Shown here piece by piece: positions 1 to 8,644 of a DNA stretch of 64,000 bases. A program made the position numbers and the translations under genes. The stretch spans positions 48,536 to 112,535 of the forward strand of contig JAWXUL010000004.1 in NCBI GenBank assembly GCA_044432725.1, given 5' to 3'. The notes under the pieces were generated by a model. It saw nothing but the letters and a program-made list of their open reading frames with translations. It was not told where the DNA came from and made no database searches. The stretch comes from Eubacteriales bacterium (lineage in GTDB: Bacteria > Bacillota > Clostridia > Oscillospirales > Oscillospiraceae). Numbering within the stretch: the first letter of the stretch is position 1; the number at the start of each line of letters is the position of its first letter.

Positions 1-243
1 AACAATCTCGTCAGAAGAGATGATTTCTCCAGCCAGTTGGGACAAAGTGTCTTGATACTGGACTTCTTGGTGGGTTTCCTCCACAGTAATGATGTCTTCT
101 CCTAGAATCAAATCATTAGAAACAGATTCTGGGGTGTTTTCTTGGGCATAGCTAGGTGGCACAAAACCAAGACCCATGGCAAAAGCCATAAATCCTGAAA
201 GCGCTCTCTGTGTCCAAGGACGTGGGTTGGGTGTGTTTTTCAT
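1..243 (-). CDS. secreted protein, N-terminal fragment (gene runs off the left edge)
   Basis: Open minus-strand frame from ATG at 243..241, preceded by GGAAAGGAG. Translation MKNTPNPRPWTQRALSGFMAFAMGLGFVPPSYAQE... looks like a signal peptide. It is open-ended, so it is absent from the ORF track. Confidence 0.5.
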   Translation of the reverse strand, partial: MKNTPNPRPWTQRALSGFMAFAMGLGFVPPSYAQENTPESVSNDLILGEDIITVEETHQEVQYQDTLSQLAGEIISSDEIV

Positions 244-433
244 GGGTGTATTCTCCTTTCCTGATAAACAGGGGGTTAATTGTGTTAGGGCAATATCATC
301 TAATTCCCATTTCAATTCGCTTTTTATATTAGGGAACAAAGGAAATCAGAGGATTTGCCATTTGTATTTTTTCATTGTTATTTCAGTGGCTCTATTTGCG
401 ATCTGACCTGTCAAATTTTTTGACAGAACATAT

Positions 434-1051
434 TTATGAAATCATAAATAATTTTTTCGTGACTTTTCCGTCTTTTAAGTCGTCACGTTCTTTCAACTGG
501 AGGTACAGGACTTCTCGCCGTATCATACGCTCGATATCATCTACTCCAGACATGAACTTTGTGACACAATAATATTGACCAGAAGCTTCTTCTTTTTGGT
601 TGATGATTTTTCCACGAACCAGCAAAGCCCCTTCTCGTATATGAACCGCAACTTCCACCAGTTCCTGACCTGTAAAAGGTCGTGGAGAGAAAAAGCTCAG
701 GGCACCGCAACTGAGGGTATCTGTTTTCACAGTGACACGACCTTGCCAAGTGCCAGAAACAGGATAAACATATGTGTCGTGGTCAAAGGGCACTCGTAAA
801 TTTTCTAAGGGGGCTTCCCCAAGGCTCGAGCCCTTCTCCACTGCCATTCGATTTCCCCGTCGCCTTGTCACCTTTCCTTCAAAAGAAGGATAGCCTTCAT
901 CAAAGCTTAAAAATTGCAAATTGACATGTCCATCTAATCGGGGCACATCGTTCTCGGGGATTTCGAATTCTAATATAGGAGAAGAACCACCGCTGCGCAA
1001 GACGCCTTGGGTCAAAGAGCTATGGTCTTCATCCATGATTAAATATTCCAT
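434..1051 (-). CDS. PilZ-domain protein (flagellar-brake/YcgR-like c-di-GMP receptor candidate)
   Basis: 205 aa. RRRGNR followed later by DTLSCGA resembles the RxxxR / DxSxxG PilZ signature. Good RBS (AAAGGAGA). Located beside flagellar and chemotaxis genes. Confidence 0.55.
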   Translation of the reverse strand: MEYLIMDEDHSSLTQGVLRSGGSSPILEFEIPENDVPRLDGHVNLQFLSFDEGYPSFEGKVTRRRGNRMAVEKGSSLGEAPLENLRVPFDHDTYVYPVSGTWQGRVTVKTDTLSCGALSFFSPRPFTGQELVEVAVHIREGALLVRGKIINQKEEASGQYYCVTKFMSGVDDIERMIRREVLYLQLKERDDLKDGKVTKKLFMIS

Positions 1052-1161
1052 CTTAGTCTCCTTTTTTATGTTCTTAAAAAAATTTCCTAAAAATCTACTT
1101 TTCCAATATTTACATGAAATGAAACTTGGAAAATCCTTAAAATCACCCTCATATTTCCCCC

Positions 1162-1203
1162 AAAAACCGTGCCAACTTTTCGGAAAAACCGTGCCAACTT
1201 TTC
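1162..1203. repeat. tandem direct repeat, 2 x AAAAACCGTGCCAACTTTTC (22-bp period)
   Basis: Two identical 20-mers at 1162..1181 and 1184..1203, in the intergenic region upstream of the PilZ gene. Each contains the GTGCCAA motif also found at 8.36-8.56 kb. Confidence 0.8.
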
Positions 1204-1412
1204 TTTTTTACGAAAAATCTTTTTAAAAAAGTGCATATTTCAAGAGGTTTTCTGTAGAAAAAGAGAGAAAATAAAGGGATTTGTGTTTTGCGTTCTTTCT
1301 AGTATTTTAATTATCGGCAGAGTTTTTTTATTTGTTAAGGGGAAGCGGAAAAAACTCTTTCAGAGACGAGGGAGGAGAGAGGAGAATGCAAGGAAAAGAA
1401 GGGCTTCCCCTT

Positions 1413-1877
1413 CTATTCCTGATTCCCATATAAATCTGCCATAGCGTCTTCCAAAGAAGCTGGGGCAACACGTTCAGGTTCAGGCTCTTGGCTCAGCTCT
1501 GCAGTATCTTTCATAGCTGCTTGACGTTCTTTTTCCAAGCGACGGCGCTCTTCACGCTCTCTGCCTAATTTTCCAGGGTCGTTGGGGTCGAATTTTAAAA
1601 AATAAACATAAATTTGTACAATGGCTTGGTATAGTTCTGGTGGAACGGATTGCCCCAACTGCAGCTGTGAGAGCATGGTGGCAAGGGAATTATCCTCGTA
1701 AATAGGCACACCGTTGTCCTCTGCCACCTCTACCATTTTTTCTGCCATATATCCCATACCAGAAGCCACAATAATGGGTGCACCACTGGATTGGTCATAT
1801 TTCAGTGCCACAGCTCTCCCATTTTTTCGAGAGGTAATGGTTTGGTCCTTTTTCTTCTTATCCTCAGGCTTTGACAT
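1413..1877 (-). CDS. FlhB C-terminal-domain-like protein (EscU/YscU/HrcU family)
   Basis: 154 aa. AVALKYD...APIIVASGMGYMAEKMVEVAEDNGVPIYEDNSLA...PPELYQAIVQI matches the conserved FlhB C-terminal (YlqH-like) pattern. Confidence 0.8.
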   Translation of the reverse strand: MSKPEDKKKKDQTITSRKNGRAVALKYDQSSGAPIIVASGMGYMAEKMVEVAEDNGVPIYEDNSLATMLSQLQLGQSVPPELYQAIVQIYVYFLKFDPNDPGKLGREREERRRLEKERQAAMKDTAELSQEPEPERVAPASLEDAMADLYGNQE

Positions 1878-3297
1878 CTACACTCGTCTCCCCTTCATAA
1901 ATTTTTGGAAATACCTGTGCCAGCTGTAAAGGTGCGTGCATTTTACCGACATAGATATCTTTTGGCTTTAAGCCGTTATCCCGAAGGATTTCTGAAATAT
2001 CCTTCGCTACAATTTTGCTGTGGTTTGCCACGATTTCTGGGCAATGTAAAATCATTTCAGTATCGCCATTCTGGGTTGCCACCACTAAATCAAAAAGCCC
2101 CAAACCTTCCACGTCCATTTTTAGGAAAATTTTAGCAATGGGGTCTTCGTCATCTTTTCCTTTTTTCAAATTATCTTCAGCATCAGGGTCTACCCACATT
2201 TGAGAAAACAAAAAGACGCCACCCCAATCCAAAGGAATGGTCAGATGATTCAAGGGGACATAAACACTCTCATTTAACAAGAAAGTATCTAAAACTTGCT
2301 TGAACACTTCTTGAATTTCCGAGCCAGAATCGCCTGTCATTGCTTCTCCAGTTGCTTCAATCAGTAAGGAGGCAAAGGGATTTACTTCTTCTCCTTGCAT
2401 AAAAGCCGAGCCTTGAATCAGGCGAAGAAGAGCTGTGTCTGACAGCCCACCAAATTTGCTACGCAAAGGACCGTGGGTGTTCATTTGATGAAAAGCGTTG
2501 AGCAGTTGTTCTTCACTGCCCCCCTCTAGTCTGGCTGTGTTAAAAGTTAAAACAGAAATGAGCGTACGTGACAAGCCCATATCGTGGGTGCGTTTGGTAT
2601 AATCCCCCACAAATGGGATTATTTTCCCCTGTAATAGTTTGATGGCACCTTCCCTGTCACCCTTTTCCAATGTTTCAGCCAATTCCCCTGTCATACTGGC
2701 AAGCTTGTTGCCATAGCTGGCAGGGATACTGTGGGTCAGCTTATCCAAGGTACGCAAAACATTGGTTTCCACATGGTCTGTGGAGGTGTAGTTACTAAAG
2801 GCTTTTAAAAACTGTAACACATCCTCTTTCAAAGTGGGAGAGGTAGAGCTGATAAAAACTTCTCGCAGAGCGTTGAACAAAGCACCGCCAAAGCGGTTAC
2901 CCGAGGATAACTGGTCTGTGATAAATTTTCCCAGCTGCTCCTCGTCCATCTTCAACATTTCCATCATTTCAGCCAAAGCTGCTGTGATTGGTCCTTGCTC
3001 AGCGCCTTTGGCAAATTTCAGCATGACCTCGGCAAGTGTCTCATTTAAGTTCTTGGATTCATTCAATTTTTGTGCAAAAGTGCTGAAATTAGAGGAAAAC
3101 TGTAGTTTTTTCGAGCCATCCCCTTCACTAGAGCTTTGTTGCTCGGATTTGTTGTCGCTCTTGATTATTTTGGTAGGGTCAGGAACGTTCTGCAGTTTTG
3201 GATTATCCACCAAAATCTGTTGATTTTGCACGTTATTTGGGCGATCTTGCCCCGGTACTGGGTTTGTGATTCCTAGCATATTTGCCATGGGTGGCAC
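1864..3297 (-). CDS. FliK-like flagellar hook-length control protein (putative)
   Basis: 477 aa with an S/N/Q-rich N-terminus. The C-terminal block (IFLKMDVEGLGLFDLVVATQNGDTEMILHC...LRDNGLKPKDIYV) resembles the Flg_hook domain. Overlaps and precedes the flhB-like gene. The start could be ATG at 3288. Confidence 0.4.
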   Translation of the reverse strand: MPPMANMLGITNPVPGQDRPNNVQNQQILVDNPKLQNVPDPTKIIKSDNKSEQQSSSEGDGSKKLQFSSNFSTFAQKLNESKNLNETLAEVMLKFAKGAEQGPITAALAEMMEMLKMDEEQLGKFITDQLSSGNRFGGALFNALREVFISSTSPTLKEDVLQFLKAFSNYTSTDHVETNVLRTLDKLTHSIPASYGNKLASMTGELAETLEKGDREGAIKLLQGKIIPFVGDYTKRTHDMGLSRTLISVLTFNTARLEGGSEEQLLNAFHQMNTHGPLRSKFGGLSDTALLRLIQGSAFMQGEEVNPFASLLIEATGEAMTGDSGSEIQEVFKQVLDTFLLNESVYVPLNHLTIPLDWGGVFLFSQMWVDPDAEDNLKKGKDDEDPIAKIFLKMDVEGLGLFDLVVATQNGDTEMILHCPEIVANHSKIVAKDISEILRDNGLKPKDIYVGKMHAPLQLAQVFPKIYEGETSVDVKA

Positions 3298-3494
3298 CCC
3301 GTTTCTAAAATTTTTTTAAAAAAACTTAATTTAATAGTGGATTTTTCCGACATAATAGTGTATAATGATAAGCGAAAACCTTTGCTATAGGCTTCGTCTT
3401 TTCATAGCAAACACAATACTATGGGTAATCCTATCCCTAGTATAACAAAAAAAAACCAAATTTACAAGAAGGAAAAAAAGGGGTAATTATTTGT

Positions 3495-5735
3495 ATGGGA
3501 ACAGGAAATGAAAGCATTTTAGATATGTATTTGTACGAGACAAATACATTGCTAGAACAACTAGATGGCATTGTGCTTGCTGCTGAAACAGCAGACACCT
3601 TCTCGCAAGACGACGTAAACGAAATTTTTCGTATCATGCACACAATCAAAGGTTCCTCAGCGATGATGGAGTTTACTTCACTGATGACTGTGGCTCACCG
3701 CATTGAAGACATGTTCTTTATCATTCGTGACAACACCATGGATGCAGTGAAGGAGGAAGACAGACCAGCGTTGTTTGATCTGATGTTCCAAGCCATTGAC
3801 TTCTTCCGTAGTGAAGTGGAATTGATTGAAAACAACGAACCTTGTACCGAAGACATCGACAGCTTTATTGGGAAAATTAAGGCTCTCATCAATAAAGTCA
3901 CAGGACAAGAAGAGGAAGCAAGCCCAGATAAAAGCGTGGAAGAAATCCACAATGAAGTAATGGCAGAAGCCACAGGCGTCGCTGCCCCAGTGGAAGCACC
4001 TGCTGCAGCACCAGAAGCGCCTGCTGTGGTGGAAGAAGCACCAGACACCATTCACAACTCTCCAGACCCAAGTCGCATCGACTGGGGAGATGGTCAGCAC
4101 AATTATGGTTTGGTTGTTTTCTTTGAAGAAGGCTGTGGCATGGAAAACCTCCGTGCATTTATGCTTGCCACTTCACTACAAGATTTTTGTGGAAACTTTG
4201 TTTGGTTCCCTGAAAATGTGGACCAAGATCCAGAGCAAGCAGATTACATCGCAGAACACGGCTTTTTGGTTCGCTTTGAATCAGAAGCAAGCCGTAACTC
4301 AGCCATTCCCACTGTGACAACCACAGGATCTGTCCGTTCTTACGAAACAGTAGACGCACCAACATCAGGTGGTGCCCTAGCCGAAGCCCCAGCTGCCGCT
4401 CCAGTTGCTACCGCCCCAGCTGTTGCCGCCCCAGTTGCAGCAGCCCCAGCCGCCGCTCCAGTTGCTGCCGCCCCAGCCGCTGCAGCAAAACCAGCCGCCG
4501 CAGCAAAACCAGCAGCGGGAAATGCAGCGCCAGCAACTCCAACCCCACAAGCAGGGAAGGAAAGTTTAATCAGCGTGAATCTCAGCAAGTTAGACCAACT
4601 GATGGCTGTGGTGGGAGAAATCGTTATCACCGAAGCACAAGTGACTGCTTGTCCTGATTTGAACGGCTTAAAGCTAGATACATTTACAAAATCAGCACGT
4701 CAACTTCGTAAATTAACAGACGAACTCCAAGACGTGTCCATGTCTCTTCGCATGGTGCCAGTTTCTGGTACATTCCAAAAAATGCACCGTGTGGTACGTG
4801 ACATGACCAAAAAATTGAATAAACGTGTGACATTAACCTTAGTGGGAGAAGACACAGAAGTGGATAAAACCATTGTGGATAACATCTCTGACCCAATTAT
4901 GCACATCGTTCGTAACTCTATGGACCATGGGATTGAAAAAACAGAAGAAGAACGTATCGCTCGTGGAAAAGACCCAGTGGGTCAAATTACCCTGTCTGCT
5001 TGGCACACAGGTTCCGAGGTTATCATCGAAATCCAAGACAATGGTGGTGGGGTGAACACAGAATACGTTTTGGCAAAAGCAATCCGTAATGGTCTTGCCA
5101 ATCCAGAACATGAATATACTCACAGAGAAATTCTAAACTTCCTACTTATGGCAGGATTTTCTACCAACGAAGAAGTCACCGAGTTCTCTGGCAGAGGCGT
5201 GGGCATGGACGTGGTAAAACAAAATGTAGAAGATGTGGGTGGCACAGTGACCATCTCTTCCAACTTCGGTCACGGCATGACCACAACCTTGAAAATTCCT
5301 TTGACCATGGCAATCATGGACGGTATGGAAGTGGCTGTGGGCGAATCTGTTTTCACCATTCCTATCAACAATATCCGTCAATCTTTCAAAGTGACCGAGG
5401 ATTTGATTATCCACGACGCTTTGCAAGGGGAAATGATCAAATGTATGGATAAATTCTATCCCATTATTCGTGTGAAAGAAGCTTATCGCATGGACAATGG
5501 CTGTGACCATATCGAAGATGGTATCATCATTTGGGTGGAATCAGGAGAAATTTCTTATTGTCTGTTTGTGGACGAACTCATTGGCGAACACCAAGTGGTG
5601 GTGAAACCATTACCTACCTATGTCAACAGCTTTAATGTAAAAAGCTATGGCATCACTGGCTGTACCATTCTAGGAGACGGCAACATCAGTATTATTTTAG
5701 ATATTTTGAACCTGAGCACGATTAACAACAGTTAA
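3495..5735 (+). CDS. cheA: chemotaxis histidine kinase CheA
   Basis: 746 aa. HPt motif HTIKGSSAMM, dimerisation and HATPase blocks (DNGGG, GRGVGMDVV), and a C-terminal CheW-like domain. Two Ala/Pro-rich linkers. Confidence 0.95.
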   Translation: MGTGNESILDMYLYETNTLLEQLDGIVLAAETADTFSQDDVNEIFRIMHTIKGSSAMMEFTSLMTVAHRIEDMFFIIRDNTMDAVKEEDRPALFDLMFQAIDFFRSEVELIENNEPCTEDIDSFIGKIKALINKVTGQEEEASPDKSVEEIHNEVMAEATGVAAPVEAPAAAPEAPAVVEEAPDTIHNSPDPSRIDWGDGQHNYGLVVFFEEGCGMENLRAFMLATSLQDFCGNFVWFPENVDQDPEQADYIAEHGFLVRFESEASRNSAIPTVTTTGSVRSYETVDAPTSGGALAEAPAAAPVATAPAVAAPVAAAPAAAPVAAAPAAAAKPAAAAKPAAGNAAPATPTPQAGKESLISVNLSKLDQLMAVVGEIVITEAQVTACPDLNGLKLDTFTKSARQLRKLTDELQDVSMSLRMVPVSGTFQKMHRVVRDMTKKLNKRVTLTLVGEDTEVDKTIVDNISDPIMHIVRNSMDHGIEKTEEERIARGKDPVGQITLSAWHTGSEVIIEIQDNGGGVNTEYVLAKAIRNGLANPEHEYTHREILNFLLMAGFSTNEEVTEFSGRGVGMDVVKQNVEDVGGTVTISSNFGHGMTTTLKIPLTMAIMDGMEVAVGESVFTIPINNIRQSFKVTEDLIIHDALQGEMIKCMDKFYPIIRVKEAYRMDNGCDHIEDGIIIWVESGEISYCLFVDELIGEHQVVVKPLPTYVNSFNVKSYGITGCTILGDGNISIILDILNLSTINNS

Positions 5736-5766
5736 TCATTGCTCTATAAGGAAGGAGACACAAATT

Positions 5767-6237
5767 ATGTCCGAAGAAGTTTTATTTGCCAGCCAAGAAG
5801 AAATCAATGCCAGTATTGAAGAGGTAGAAATTGTTACCACCAAATATCTGATTTTTAAAACCGAAGAGCTTCTTTTTGGTGTGGACGCTGCCACAGTGGT
5901 AGAAATTTTGACAAATCACGCCATCACCAAATTACCAATGGTGCCAGATTATGTCAATGGTATCATCAATCTTCGTGGTCTGATTATTCCTATCATCGAC
6001 ATCCGTCGCAGATTAGGAAAAGAATCCAAAGACGATTGCAGCATTATTGTCATCAATATCTATGGTACCCAAGTGGGTGTCTTGGTGGATTGGGTGGATC
6101 GCATGGTGGACGTGCCAGACGGTACCATTTTGCCTGTGCCATCTCACAATGCACAAAAAATGACATCAGGAATGAGCTCTCTCCCTGATGGTGGCACTAT
6201 GCTAGTGCTTGATTGCGACTTATTGATTCATGAATAA
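5767..6237 (+). CDS. cheW: chemotaxis coupling protein CheW
   Basis: 156 aa. Typical CheW pattern (YLIFKTEELLFGVDA...PDYVNGIINLRGLIIPIIDIRRRLG). Confidence 0.9.
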   Translation: MSEEVLFASQEEINASIEEVEIVTTKYLIFKTEELLFGVDAATVVEILTNHAITKLPMVPDYVNGIINLRGLIIPIIDIRRRLGKESKDDCSIIVINIYGTQVGVLVDWVDRMVDVPDGTILPVPSHNAQKMTSGMSSLPDGGTMLVLDCDLLIHE

Positions 6238-6249
6238 GAGGTTTTTACT

Positions 6250-7065
6250 TTGGAACTAACACTTTTAGATGCTGACTTTGAACGTCTTACCGTATTTATT
6301 AAAAATAATTATGGCATAAACCTTGCCCAAAAACGTCAACTGGTGGCAAGCCGTCTGGGCTCTACTGTCACTGACCAAGGTTTTGGAGACTTTTCTGGCT
6401 ATATCAATCACATTTTAAAAACAAAAAAAACTGCTGATATTGAAAATATCATCAACAAACTCACTACAAATTACACCTTTTTTATGCGTGAAAAACAACA
6501 TTACGATTTCTTTCGTAATGTTGTTCTTCCCGATTTAATCGAACGTCATCAACGTGACAAAGTGATTTCTATCTGGAGTGCTGGTTGCTCTAGTGGGGAA
6601 GAACCCTATAACATTTCCATGTATATCAAAGATTTTCTTGGGACAAAAGCAAAAGATTGGGACACCCGTGTCCTTGCCACAGATATATGTCAACAAGTTT
6701 TGGAAAAGGCAAAGGAAGGAAAGTATGAACTGCCAGACACCATCCCCTCCAACTGGCAAACAAAATACTTTGTCCCCACCAAAGACCCAAAAGTCTTTGA
6801 AGTGGCACCTGATATCAAAAAGAATGTGATTTTTCAAACCTTTAATTTGATGGATAACATCAGATTCAAATTAAAATTTGACATCATTTTTTGCAGAAAT
6901 GTTATGATTTATTTCGATCAACCAACCAAAGATGCCCTGTGCCAACGTTATTATGATGCGACAACCCCTGGTGGCTATCTCTTCATTGGACATTCGGAAT
7001 CTTTGAATAAAAATACGCCTTACAAAACCCTTGCCCCTGCCACCTATCAAAAAGCAAACAAATAA
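6250..7065 (+). CDS. cheR: chemotaxis protein methyltransferase CheR
   Basis: 271 aa, TTG start with RBS AAGAGG. SAM-binding block ISIWSAGCSSGEEPYNI and FCRNVMIYFD. Confidence 0.9.
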   Translation: MELTLLDADFERLTVFIKNNYGINLAQKRQLVASRLGSTVTDQGFGDFSGYINHILKTKKTADIENIINKLTTNYTFFMREKQHYDFFRNVVLPDLIERHQRDKVISIWSAGCSSGEEPYNISMYIKDFLGTKAKDWDTRVLATDICQQVLEKAKEGKYELPDTIPSNWQTKYFVPTKDPKVFEVAPDIKKNVIFQTFNLMDNIRFKLKFDIIFCRNVMIYFDQPTKDALCQRYYDATTPGGYLFIGHSESLNKNTPYKTLAPATYQKANK

Positions 7066-7235
7066 TCATTGTTACAGTGATAAACAAAGAATAAATATCG
7101 TCTCTCTCTGTTATTGTTATGTAAGTCTTTGACAAGAACAAAGAGAGTCGCTTATTATAATGCTTGTTTTCAAAAGAAATAAGATCGGCTTTAGGGATAT
7201 CTGGGGAAAGGTAATGAAGGAGAAAAGGAGAAGTT

Positions 7236-8267
7236 TTGGCGCAGAAAAAACATCGAGTCTTGATTGTAGATGACTCTGCTGTGTCACGAGTCATGATGAC
7301 ACGGGGATTGAATGCCCATCCAGGCATAGAAGTGGTGGATGCTGTGCCAAGTATCAAGCTAAATGCTTTGCAAACAGAACGACTCAACTTAGATATTGTG
7401 GTTTGCGACATCGATGCAACTCGCTTGGGCGCTGAGGAGCTGGCTCGCTCCCTTTCTGCTGTGAAAAGACTGCCTGTGGTGGCAGTCTCTGCACTGGATT
7501 TAACAGGGGTGAATTTGATGGGACGTGGAGTGATTGGTTTTGTGCAAAAACCTGTTCTGCCTGGGGATACCCCCACTTTTTTGAAGAAATTATCTTCCAA
7601 AATAGTCCTCGGGGTGGCAGAAAGCGACACTGGCTCCCCTCGCTATGCGGCCCTACATTCGGGGAATCCCCCCTTGGGCGTCAAGCCCTCTTTGGATGAT
7701 ACCATCATCGCCTTGGGTGCTTCTACTGGTGGCACCGAAGCCACTTTGGAAGTGCTGAAGCAACTACCTGCCGATCTCCCCCCTTTAATCATTGTGCAGC
7801 ATATGCCAACTGGATTTACCAAAATGTATGCTGAACGTCTGAACAGGACTTGCGAAATGAGGGTGGTGGAAGCAAGCGATGCCACGATGGTCAGAAGAGG
7901 CACGGTGTATGTAGCGCCAGCTGGGGTGCAAACTCGTGTCTTGCAACATGGCTCGGAACTGGTGATTTCATGTGTGGCGGGAGAGAAAATCAGTGGACAC
8001 AGCCCCTCGGTGGATGTTCTTTATGCTTCTGTGGCAGAGCTGAAGAACAAAAACAAAGTGGGTATCATTTTAACTGGCATGGGACGAGATGGAGCAAGAG
8101 AAATGCTCACCCTTCGGAAAAAGGGGGGCTTTACCATCGGTCAAGACGAAAAATCCTCGGTGGTTTATGGTATGCCAATGGAAGCATACGCCATTGGCGC
8201 TGTGCAAATGCAGGGAGACTTGAAAAAAATCCCTGACATACTATTAAATCATTTACGTAAATTATAA
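7236..8267 (+). CDS. cheB: chemotaxis response regulator protein-glutamate methylesterase CheB
   Basis: 343 aa, TTG start. N-terminal receiver (RVLIVDDS...VCDID...FVQKP). C-terminal esterase blocks (IIALGASTGGTEA, VQHMP, GMGRDGA, SSVVYGMP). Confidence 0.9.
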   Translation: MAQKKHRVLIVDDSAVSRVMMTRGLNAHPGIEVVDAVPSIKLNALQTERLNLDIVVCDIDATRLGAEELARSLSAVKRLPVVAVSALDLTGVNLMGRGVIGFVQKPVLPGDTPTFLKKLSSKIVLGVAESDTGSPRYAALHSGNPPLGVKPSLDDTIIALGASTGGTEATLEVLKQLPADLPPLIIVQHMPTGFTKMYAERLNRTCEMRVVEASDATMVRRGTVYVAPAGVQTRVLQHGSELVISCVAGEKISGHSPSVDVLYASVAELKNKNKVGIILTGMGRDGAREMLTLRKKGGFTIGQDEKSSVVYGMPMEAYAIGAVQMQGDLKKIPDILLNHLRKL

Positions 8268-8313
8268 CAAGTTATCTTTTGAAAAGACAAAAGATGACTT
8301 GTTATTTTTTTTC
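8267..8313 (+). terminator. rho-independent terminator after cheB
   Basis: AACAAGTTATCTTTT-loop-AAAAGATGACTTGTT hairpin followed by ATTTTTTTT. Confidence 0.7.
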
Positions 8314-8357
8314 CGCTTGTTGAAAAAAGGAGGAACATTTTCCCACACTTTTCCCCT

Positions 8358-8380
8358 TTTTTTGGCATTGTGCCAAAAAA
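8358..8380. promoter_or_regulatory. perfect palindrome TTTTTTGGCA-TTG-TGCCAAAAAA (candidate dimeric regulator site)
   Basis: 10+10 bp perfect inverted repeat with a 3-nt spacer. Its half-site recurs as GTGCCAA at 8393, 8488 and 1169/1191, with variants at 8430 and 8558. Confidence 0.5.
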
Positions 8381-8550
8381 GCATATACAATCGTGCCAAC
8401 TTTTTTTTCCATACTTTACATAGAAATTTGTGCCAGTTTTATCAATTATGAATAAAATGTGAATATTTTGAGAGAGAGTTAATAGCTGTGCCAAAAAAAG
8501 TTCAAAAAAATGTTTATGCAATCTGACAACATTTTTTTTCCATTTTTTCC

Positions 8551-8579
8551 TTGAATCATGCCAAAATTTGTGTTACTAT
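8551..8579 (+). promoter_or_regulatory. sigma-A-type promoter of the giant surface-protein gene
   Basis: TTGAAT, 17-nt spacer, TACTAT with upstream TG. About 60 nt before the start codon. Confidence 0.5.
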
Positions 8580-8644
8580 GAATCTGACTTAATTCGAGAT
8601 AGTAAAAATATCTACGAAATGTACATTTTAAGGAGGAAATGACC

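Noticed and set aside
1150-1203. Sigma-54 promoter reading of the reverse complement (TTGGCACG-N4-TTGG) upstream of the PilZ gene
   Set aside because: The -24 element matches well, but the -12 element is TTGG or TTCC rather than TTGC. The same motif upstream of the 8.6-kb gene is in the wrong orientation, and no sigma-54 activator is in view. Kept only as an alternative under the GTGCCAA finding.
3678-4630. Antisense and alternative-frame ORFs inside cheA (e.g. 3678..4100, 3695..4051, 4340..4630). Similar sets lie inside the lipoprotein gene (17261..17901) and the giant surface gene.
   Set aside because: They are embedded in well-supported genes, driven by low-complexity Ala/Pro or Met/Gln repeats, and have no independent start signals.
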